Source: a virus. From it: a DNA stretch of 30,272 nt. Shown piece by piece: positions 1 to 6,717 of the stretch. The stretch is taken from IMG/VR virus record IMGVR_UViG_3300040804_000001. One strand, written 5' to 3'. Below the pieces are notes generated by a model that searched no databases, was not told the origin of the DNA, and was given only the letters and a program-made list of their open reading frames with translations. A program made the translations under genes and the position numbers. Every line of letters starts with the position of its first letter. Position 1 is the first letter of the stretch.

Positions 1-117
1 CTCTTCTTTACGTTCCTCTTCTGAGTGTGTTCTTTGAGCGATTGATGTGGAAATTCGAACTATAACCGACTACCTGAAGGAAAACGGGTGGTATGAAATT
101 CTAAGCATGGACAAAAA
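1..117. repeat. Terminal direct repeat, copy 1 (identical to 30156..30272)
   Basis: Read directly: bases 1-117 (ctcttctttacgttcc...catggacaaaaa) recur exactly at 30156-30272, so the unique genome unit is 30155 bp. This fits a circular or circularly permuted assembly overlap, or a short DTR. Confidence 0.95.
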
Positions 118-388
118 CGAAGTTTTGCTATTTATAGCCGAGAGGCTCGAAACAATAACGATGATGGCGCAAGGGCGTTATTCGGGAAAGATAACAAGAG
201 ATGAACAGAAGCTTTACCAAGAGGCTTGGAGTTACATCGACCCGAAGGCGAAGGTCTGTTTCACTTGTGGGAGGAGTCCTCAGTTGATGAGTGCAGCACT
301 ATTGAACTTCTACCAATTGCAAACTGTGGAAACAGAGAAGCCAAAAAGGAAACGGAGAAGGCGAGCATCGAAATCAAAAGAAGGTTAG
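47..388 (+). CDS. Hypothetical protein with a strongly basic C-terminal tail (KPKRKRRRRASKSKEG)
   Basis: ORF track. GTG at 47 overlaps the end of the preceding ORF, so ATG at 107 (MDKNEVL...) is a plausible alternative start. No recognisable domain. Confidence 0.5.
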   Translation: MEIRTITDYLKENGWYEILSMDKNEVLLFIAERLETITMMAQGRYSGKITRDEQKLYQEAWSYIDPKAKVCFTCGRSPQLMSAALLNFYQLQTVETEKPKRKRRRRASKSKEG

Positions 389-580
389 ATGAGGCAAAAC
401 GAAAAGCATGAGAACTACGGGCTTTACATTACCCAAAACACCTACCAAATGAAATGGTATTGTTTTGATAGGAAAGCCGCAGACGATTACTGGAATGGCA
501 AACCATGCAAGAAAGCCGTAGGAGCAACACAACAAGAAGCACTTTCAAACTACAAGAATGGAAAGTTTACAGATAAGTAA
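389..580 (+). CDS. Hypothetical small protein (63 aa)
   Basis: ORF track. The ATG directly abuts the upstream TAG stop and the ORF sits in the co-directional gene string. No recognisable motif. Confidence 0.4.
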   Translation: MRQNEKHENYGLYITQNTYQMKWYCFDRKAADDYWNGKPCKKAVGATQQEALSNYKNGKFTDK

Positions 581-1268
581 AGTCAGACCCAACTCGGACA
601 ATCCGAGATACATAAAGGACGAGAAATTCAAGAAGCTGGTTCAATCGCTTCGTGACTTTCCTGAGATGGCTAACGTCCGTCCGATAGTGGTCAATACAGA
701 GATGGTTGTGTTGGGCGGTAATATGCGACTCAAGGCGATGCAAGAAGCTGGCTGGTCAGAAGTACCCGTTCAGGTTGTGGACTGGAGCGAAGAGAAACAG
801 CGCGAGTTCATCATAAAAGACAACGTAGGCTTCGGAGAATGGGACTGGGACGAACTGGCTAATACTTGGGATGCGGAGGAGTTGGACCGCTGGGGTTTGG
901 ATGTGCCAAAAGAAGAGGAACAAGACGAGGCTTACACGACTAAAATTGAAAGCCCTATTTATGAACCAAAAAACGAACGCCCAAATGAATCAGAACTATA
1001 CGATACAAAAGTTTACGATAGACTGATTAAAGAAATTGATTCGTCAACGTTAGACGATAAAGAAAAGGAGTTTTTAAAATTAGCGGCAACTCGCCATATT
1101 GAGTTTGACTATCGCAAAATAGCTGACCTCTATGCTCATTCAAGTAATGAACTACAAAGCCTAATGGAGAACTCAGCACTTGTAATAATCGACTATGACA
1201 AAGCGATTGAACTTGGTTTCGTTAAGTTATTCCACGAATTAGAAACACTTGCGGAACTGGATGACTGA
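558..1268 (+). CDS. ParB-like N-terminal (ParB/Srx) domain protein with an unrelated low-GC C-terminal domain
   Basis: The N-terminus (ISKVRPNSDNPRYI...LVQSLRDF...RPIVVN...VVLGGNMRLKAMQEAGWSEVPVQVVDW...WDWDEL) matches the ParB N-terminal nuclease/NTPase-like domain pattern (NPR box, GGxxR box). The C-terminal roughly 120 aa has no motif I recognise. Confidence 0.75.
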   Translation: MESLQISKVRPNSDNPRYIKDEKFKKLVQSLRDFPEMANVRPIVVNTEMVVLGGNMRLKAMQEAGWSEVPVQVVDWSEEKQREFIIKDNVGFGEWDWDELANTWDAEELDRWGLDVPKEEEQDEAYTTKIESPIYEPKNERPNESELYDTKVYDRLIKEIDSSTLDDKEKEFLKLAATRHIEFDYRKIADLYAHSSNELQSLMENSALVIIDYDKAIELGFVKLFHELETLAELDD

Positions 1269-2112
1269 TTTTGTTGTTTTTATATTAACTAACGGCAGAC
1301 CAAATAACGTTCATACGGCAAGAAGTTTGCGTAATCACGGATACACGGGAAAAATAATTTTAGTTATTGATGACGAGGACAAAACGGCAGAAGAGTATTT
1401 AGATAAATTCGAAGATGTTGAGATTTTCAGCAAGAAGGAAATCTCTAAAGAGTTTGATGAAGCCGATAATTTCGATGACCGTAGGGCGATTGTTTATGCA
1501 AGAAATGCTTGTTTTAAAATAGCTGAAAAGCTGGGGGCTAAATACTTTGTTCAAATGGATGACGACTACACTCGTTTTGAATATCGAGTATACACTAAAG
1601 AAAGACAGAAGCCTTCTTTTATTGCAAATTTAGATTCTGTATTTGCTGCTTTGCTCAACTTTTATAAGTGTAGTAATTTCTCAACTATTTCAATGGCTCA
1701 AGGCGGAGACTTTATCGGAGGCAAAAATAATAGAATGGCAAAGCGACCGACTTTGTTTCGAAAGTGTATGAACTCTTTCATATGCTCAACACATAGACCG
1801 TTTAAATTTGTTGGAAGAATCAATGAAGATGTTAATACATACGTAAATAAGCAGAGTATTGGCTTGTTAATGGGTACTATACCGTTCGTATCTTTAGTTC
1901 AGAACCAAACTCAATCAAATAAGGGTGGTATGACTGAGTTATACTTAGATAACGGAACTTACGTTAAATCTTTTTACTCTGTAATTTTCAGCCCGTCAAG
2001 TGTTTACATCAAACCGATGGGCGATAAGCATCTAAGGTTACACCATCACGTTAAATGGGACAATGCAGTACCAAAATTCATCGCTGAAAAACACAAGAAA
2101 ACAGAGACATAA
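1261..2112 (+). CDS. GT-A-fold-like glycosyltransferase candidate
   Basis: ATG at 1261 overlaps the ParB-like stop. There is an N-terminal beta-strand plus loop (FVVFILTNGRPN), an acidic DxD-type motif (QMDDDY) and a downstream NEDV. No transmembrane segment. Hand-counted GC over 1261-1440 is about 34%. Confidence 0.5.
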   Translation: MTDFVVFILTNGRPNNVHTARSLRNHGYTGKIILVIDDEDKTAEEYLDKFEDVEIFSKKEISKEFDEADNFDDRRAIVYARNACFKIAEKLGAKYFVQMDDDYTRFEYRVYTKERQKPSFIANLDSVFAALLNFYKCSNFSTISMAQGGDFIGGKNNRMAKRPTLFRKCMNSFICSTHRPFKFVGRINEDVNTYVNKQSIGLLMGTIPFVSLVQNQTQSNKGGMTELYLDNGTYVKSFYSVIFSPSSVYIKPMGDKHLRLHHHVKWDNAVPKFIAEKHKKTET

Positions 2113-2114
2113 CA

Positions 2115-2510
2115 GTGGCGAAAGAAGACAACCTAAAACCCTTCAAGAAAGGCGAGAGCGGCAACCCTAAAGGGCGACCGAAGAACGTGGAGACGCTGCT
2201 AAAGGAACATTTCTTGGACGAGCATAACGTCAAGCTATCGAAGGGGCAAGTGCAAGACATCATAAAGAACGTACTCGGAAAATCAAGAAGCGAGTTGGTG
2301 GAGTTGGCAAAGAATGACCAGCTACCTTTTTGGATTGCTCTGATAGCGAAGAAAGCACAAAGGGATTACGAGAAAGGAAGCATCCACATTCTCGATGTGT
2401 TATTCGATAGGGTCTATGGCAAGCCAAAAGAAGAAGTAGAGCAGACCGTTAACGGTGGAAAGCCTGACAAGATTGAGATTGTCATCCATCGACCTGACAA
2501 AACCAAGTAA
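2115..2510 (+). CDS. terS: Terminase small subunit candidate
   Basis: GTG start. The N-terminal KPFKKGESGNPKGRPKN motif is typical of DUF5681-type phage small terminase or DNA-binding proteins. It lies immediately upstream of the large terminase. Confidence 0.6.
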   Translation: MAKEDNLKPFKKGESGNPKGRPKNVETLLKEHFLDEHNVKLSKGQVQDIIKNVLGKSRSELVELAKNDQLPFWIALIAKKAQRDYEKGSIHILDVLFDRVYGKPKEEVEQTVNGGKPDKIEIVIHRPDKTK

Positions 2511-2531
2511 ATTGTCAACCTATAACCTGAC

Positions 2532-3716
2532 GTGAAAATTGAAGGAACTGGCGTATTTGATGACCTCTGGGCTGCCCTTAATGATAAATCCATTCGGGGA
2601 ATTGTGCTTGAGGGTGGCTCACGTTCCTCGAAGACGTGGAGCATCTGCCAAGCTATCTACCTTACAGGACTACAAGAACCGAAGAGAATCGCAATTGCGA
2701 GGTTTCGGAGGACGTGGATTAAACCGACCGTACTCGACACGTTCAAGAAGGTACTCCAAAGCCTTGAGGTATGGGAGGATGAGGCGTTCAACAAGACCGA
2801 TTTAATCTACTCCGCTCACGGGTCAACGTTTGAGTTCTACGGGCTTGACGATTCGCAGAAGCTACACGGTATCGAGACCGATTACTTTTGGCTCAACGAG
2901 GCGATTGAAACCAGTAAGGATGACTTCGACCAACTGGAGCAGCGTTGTAAGGGCAAGTGGATTCTCGATTACAACCCTTCCACCGACGAGCATTGGATTT
3001 ACGATAACGTCTTGAAACGGGACGATGTGGTCCTGATTCACTCCACGATGCTGGACAACACCTTCCTGGACCAGCACATCCGGGACAAGATTAACTCCTA
3101 CGAACCAACACCTTTTAATGTATCACGAGGCACGGCTGATGAATACAAGTGGAAGGTCTACGGGTTAGGGCAAAGGTCAAGAAGAGAAGGTGCGATTTAC
3201 GAGAACTGGCAAGAGGTCAAAGATTTTCCAACGGGCTACAAGTGGAAAGCCTACGGGCTTGACTTCGGGTTCACTAACGACCCGACCGCACTCGTGGAGG
3301 TACTCTACCAAGATGGCAAGCTGTGGGTTCGTGAGGTGCTTTACGAAACAGGGTTAACCAACGCGGACATAGCGAGAAAGTGCGGACTTCAGCGAAGTGA
3401 TGAGATTATCGCAGACTCCGCTGAACCGAAGAGCATTGAGGAAATCCGAAGGGCTGGTTTCAGAATCCGACCAGTCGCCAAAGGTCAAGACAGCGTAAGG
3501 TCAGGTATCGATAAGCTGAAATCTGTGCAGATTATGGTACATCAAGACTCGGTCAACATCATCCGAGAGTTGAGAAACTACGCTTGGAAACGAGATTACA
3601 AGACCAACGCAGTAACCAACCAACCCGAAGATGACAATAACGATGCACTCGATGCCGTGAGATATGTAGCTACGGAGAAGCTGAAGGCGAACGCTGGCAA
3701 GTATACCCTTCGGTAA
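2532..3716 (+). CDS. terL: Terminase large subunit (PBSX/XtmB-like, Terminase_3-type)
   Basis: Walker A-like GGSRSSKTWS near the N-terminus, Walker B/coupling motifs (FWLNEA) and a C-terminal RNaseH-like nuclease region with acidic residues (GLDFGF..DP, ADSAEP, DDNNDALDAVRY). Its 394 aa is typical. Confidence 0.9.
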   Translation: MKIEGTGVFDDLWAALNDKSIRGIVLEGGSRSSKTWSICQAIYLTGLQEPKRIAIARFRRTWIKPTVLDTFKKVLQSLEVWEDEAFNKTDLIYSAHGSTFEFYGLDDSQKLHGIETDYFWLNEAIETSKDDFDQLEQRCKGKWILDYNPSTDEHWIYDNVLKRDDVVLIHSTMLDNTFLDQHIRDKINSYEPTPFNVSRGTADEYKWKVYGLGQRSRREGAIYENWQEVKDFPTGYKWKAYGLDFGFTNDPTALVEVLYQDGKLWVREVLYETGLTNADIARKCGLQRSDEIIADSAEPKSIEEIRRAGFRIRPVAKGQDSVRSGIDKLKSVQIMVHQDSVNIIRELRNYAWKRDYKTNAVTNQPEDDNNDALDAVRYVATEKLKANAGKYTLR

Positions 3717-3739
3717 TTCGTTACCTTTACAACACTTAG

Positions 3740-3766
3740 CTATGCGCTCGTTTTAATGGCGCATAG
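3740..3766 (+). terminator. Hairpin downstream of terL (CTATGCGC-11 nt-GCGCATAG)
   Basis: A perfect 8-bp inverted repeat read in the sequence. There is no following T tract, so terminator function is uncertain. Confidence 0.3.
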
Positions 3767-3810
3767 GTGCTGTTGGAAACACTTTCCCGATTTCGCTATT
3801 TATTACTGAG

Positions 3811-4152
3811 ATGCTTGAACGACTGAACAAAATATGGCGTATGCAAGAGGCTTACACGGATTACCCGAAGGCAGCTTCTGAGAACGCCAAAGCCGCTCTA
3901 AATTGGGCGGAGAAGAACGGATGGAAAGGTTGCGGTACTGCCGTAGGAAAGGCAAGGGCTAACCAATTAGCGAACCGTGAGCCAATCAGTTTAGAAACCA
4001 TTGAGCGAATGGCTGCATTTATCCGACACAAACGTAACTCTACCCGAAAGCTGGGCGAAGGTTGTGGACGTTTGATGTGGTTAGCTTGGGGCGGAGATGC
4101 TGGGGTCAATTGGGCAATCAAGAAAATAGAGCAGATAAAGAATGAAGATTGA
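3811..4152 (+). CDS. Hypothetical protein (113 aa)
   Basis: ORF track, co-directional, with its own gap upstream. The sequence (NAKAALNWAEKNGW..GTAVGKARANQL...WGGDAG) resembles a small domain seen in phage morphogenesis regions, but I cannot name it. Confidence 0.5.
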   Translation: MLERLNKIWRMQEAYTDYPKAASENAKAALNWAEKNGWKGCGTAVGKARANQLANREPISLETIERMAAFIRHKRNSTRKLGEGCGRLMWLAWGGDAGVNWAIKKIEQIKNED

Positions 4153-4762
4153 GTTACCTAATAGCTGGGCGGGTGTAACTGTTAAGCAGTTCCAAGCACT
4201 CCAGCGAATACTCGCAGAAAAGGGGGAAGAGTACCCGACAAACGTGGCTATAATTTCCATCATGTCAGGCGTTCCAGTTGACGAGATAGAAACATACTCC
4301 TTAAAGACATATGCTAAGTGTATGCAGACGCTTTCATTTCTTACGGAGCAACTTGTCGGAGAGGTACAGAAGGTGGTGGAATTTGGAGGCGTTAGATACG
4401 ATGTTATCACAGACGTTTACAACCTAAATGGAGGGCAGTACATTACCTTGATGCACTTGATGAAAGACCCTGACAAAGTTATCGACCAGCTCCACGAGGT
4501 CATGGCGGTATTCTTAGTTCCCAAAAAGAGAACTTGGTACGGATGGAAGAAAGGCAAGTATGACCCTGAGAAACACAAGGAAGTTTCGGAGGCAATGCTG
4601 CAAGCACCAATGACAATCGTGCAACCGTTGTCGGCTTTTTTTTTAAGCAGTTATCTCAAGTCCGCCAAACATATACTGGAATCTTCGGTCAGGAAAGCGG
4701 AGAAAATCAAGAGACAAGCGGAAAGAAGGTTGAAACTTTTGAATCGAAATACGGCTGGCTGA
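4142..4762 (+). CDS. Tail assembly chaperone-like protein (zero-frame product)
   Basis: ORF track. The N-terminal LPNSWAGVTVKQFQAL and GGQYITLMHL resemble phage TAC-family proteins. It contains a T9A slippery run at 4636-4645 and is followed by an otherwise unexplained 135-bp gap that is open in the -1 frame. Confidence 0.5.
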   Translation: MKIELPNSWAGVTVKQFQALQRILAEKGEEYPTNVAIISIMSGVPVDEIETYSLKTYAKCMQTLSFLTEQLVGEVQKVVEFGGVRYDVITDVYNLNGGQYITLMHLMKDPDKVIDQLHEVMAVFLVPKKRTWYGWKKGKYDPEKHKEVSEAMLQAPMTIVQPLSAFFLSSYLKSAKHILESSVRKAEKIKRQAERRLKLLNRNTAG

Positions 4763-4911
4763 ACGTGGTTAACAACCTATCTAATAACGATGCGACCAAG
4801 TGGGGGTATTTCTTCGCTCTTCCTCTTCGGGAGTTCCTCAACCTTATCTCTTTTCAGAAGGCGAAACAGAACCACGAATATCATCAAATGAAGCAGAATG
4901 GCGTTCGATAA
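4636..4911 (+). CDS. Candidate -1 frameshift extension of the 4142 ORF (G/GT-like), or an unannotated small ORF
   Basis: I translated the -1 frame codon by codon. It is open from 4570 to the TAA at 4909-4911, has no ATG until 4888, and overlaps the next gene's ATG (4898). The peptide is ...ETFESKYGWLNVVNNLSNNDATKWGYFFALPLREFLNLISFQKAKQ... Confidence 0.4.
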   Translation, partial: FFFKQLSQVRQTYTGIFGQESGENQETSGKKVETFESKYGWLNVVNNLSNNDATKWGYFFALPLREFLNLISFQKAKQNHEYHQMKQNGVR

Positions 4912-5428
4912 GTTAATAGATGCTCTGAACGAGTTTCGGGGTGAGTACACCAAAGCGTTAGCCGATTCGTTACAAGGCGGCTCAACTTTAGGAACTGGCG
5001 AAGGTCAGGGTTACGTTGCATCTGGAGATTTGCTGAACAGTTTGGGGTTGGATGTCCAGCCAAAGGTCAAATTATTCGGGCAGATATACCGTATGCAGAT
5101 ACGCATGGCGGAACATGGTGAGTACTTAGACAAAGGAAGAAAGCCAGGAAAAGGATTGCCTCCTGGAGTTCTTGAAAAGTGGTTGAGACTTCCTAACGTA
5201 TTGGCGAGAATAACGGGTCAGGATGCAAGGCTTAAAGATTATCAAATTAATTCTTTGGCGTTTGTAATCAATAGAAGCATCAAGCAGAAAGGAATCAAGC
5301 CTAAGAACTGGCTACAACCAGCCTTTGACAAGGTAACGCCTAAGATTGCTGGAGTTGTAGAGGCGGCAATTGCTGAAGACATAGAGTTGACATTTGAACA
5401 AATAAAGAAACTAATCGAAACCAAGTAA
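4898..5428 (+). CDS. Virion structural protein, possibly an HK97 gp10-like head-tail or tail-completion protein
   Basis: ORF track. The ASGDLLNSL segment resembles the TG.L..SI motif of the gp10 family. It sits within the structural block. The assignment is weak. Confidence 0.3.
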   Translation: MAFDKLIDALNEFRGEYTKALADSLQGGSTLGTGEGQGYVASGDLLNSLGLDVQPKVKLFGQIYRMQIRMAEHGEYLDKGRKPGKGLPPGVLEKWLRLPNVLARITGQDARLKDYQINSLAFVINRSIKQKGIKPKNWLQPAFDKVTPKIAGVVEAAIAEDIELTFEQIKKLIETK

Positions 5429-6717
5429 TGGCTATCTTCCTTACTCAGAACGGAGAACCTGAGCAGTACGGGCTTGTCTACAATGACAACGCCTATGTAA
5501 TCAAAACAACCAACTACACGCCAACGGTTCGGTTTAGAGTTGCAATCCTTCCAATTGACTACCCAATTTCTGCGGCTATTGGTCAGGTCAGAGTTTACCC
5601 TACTCGTTCAAATGATGGGCAATATTTAGATAGAGCGTTCTTCGACCCTTCACGGTTTCTTCAGTCTTACGTCAAAGGTCAGGTGGACATAAAGGGCGCA
5701 AACCATAATGGGTTTTACGTGTCTAATCAGATGCACAAGGAGTACTATTTAGCCATTCAAGAGGAGGAGAAAGATGCGAGTGGTGTCTATCAGAATGGCG
5801 ACCTATTCATCTCGAAGGTTAAGAGCGTGTGGAATGGGGTACGTAACGAAATAGAATGGCTGGACTTCGACTACACCGACTACACCGTAAACAACACGCC
5901 AAGTGTTACTAAGAAGTTTCTGACCGATTCTCCGCGTACAATCCGAATAGACTCAAACCAAAGCTACCACCTTTACTTCATAGCTAACGAAAGGTTCGGG
6001 GCTTACCAGTACAATATCAAGGCTTACTCAGGCTATAACGGTACTGGGTCGCTTTTAGCGGATGGCATCGTAGACAACAATATCTCGGTCGCTGACTCTT
6101 GGGATAAGATTTACTTCCGTATACCAGTCGGAACTTACGACATAGGGAACATAGACCCAGCACTCTACACCGACTCACTACTTGGCTCGACACCTTCAAC
6201 GGCTCTTGTTGGTGCTGCAAGCTACACCATCCACTTAGAAGATAACACCAATCAACAAACATCAGAGGCTTTCACCTTCAACGTCAACCAAACTTGTTCA
6301 AAGTACAACGAGGTGCGGGTTCATTGGCTTAACCGTTTGGGCGGCTACGATGCGTTCAACTTCTACATGAAGTCCATCCACACGACAGACATCAAGAAAG
6401 ACAAGTACGACCAGCAGCACCATGATTGGACAGGCAACACATACAGCTATGACAAGCAAGCAAGAGGAACGACAGAATACAACGTGGCACTAAACAAAAA
6501 GGTTACGGTTAACACAGACTATTTGAGCGAGGACGAAAGCCTTTGGCTGGAAGATTTGGCAACATCTCCGAGCGTATACATCGAGGAAGGTAACGAACTG
6601 ATAGCGGTTAACATTGACCCGCGAAGAATCCAACGCAAGACGAGCCTTAATGATAAGTTGATGCAGTACACTTTCGAACTGAATTACTCACTATCAAATC
6701 GCAGACAACGTGGTTGA
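5428..6717 (+). CDS. Tail/baseplate structural protein candidate (429 aa)
   Basis: ORF track. Start and stop are coupled to neighbours (TAATG at 5428). The sequence is beta-rich and Asn/Thr/Tyr-rich, and it lies directly upstream of the 988-aa tail protein. Confidence 0.4.
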   Translation: MAIFLTQNGEPEQYGLVYNDNAYVIKTTNYTPTVRFRVAILPIDYPISAAIGQVRVYPTRSNDGQYLDRAFFDPSRFLQSYVKGQVDIKGANHNGFYVSNQMHKEYYLAIQEEEKDASGVYQNGDLFISKVKSVWNGVRNEIEWLDFDYTDYTVNNTPSVTKKFLTDSPRTIRIDSNQSYHLYFIANERFGAYQYNIKAYSGYNGTGSLLADGIVDNNISVADSWDKIYFRIPVGTYDIGNIDPALYTDSLLGSTPSTALVGAASYTIHLEDNTNQQTSEAFTFNVNQTCSKYNEVRVHWLNRLGGYDAFNFYMKSIHTTDIKKDKYDQQHHDWTGNTYSYDKQARGTTEYNVALNKKVTVNTDYLSEDESLWLEDLATSPSVYIEEGNELIAVNIDPRRIQRKTSLNDKLMQYTFELNYSLSNRRQRG

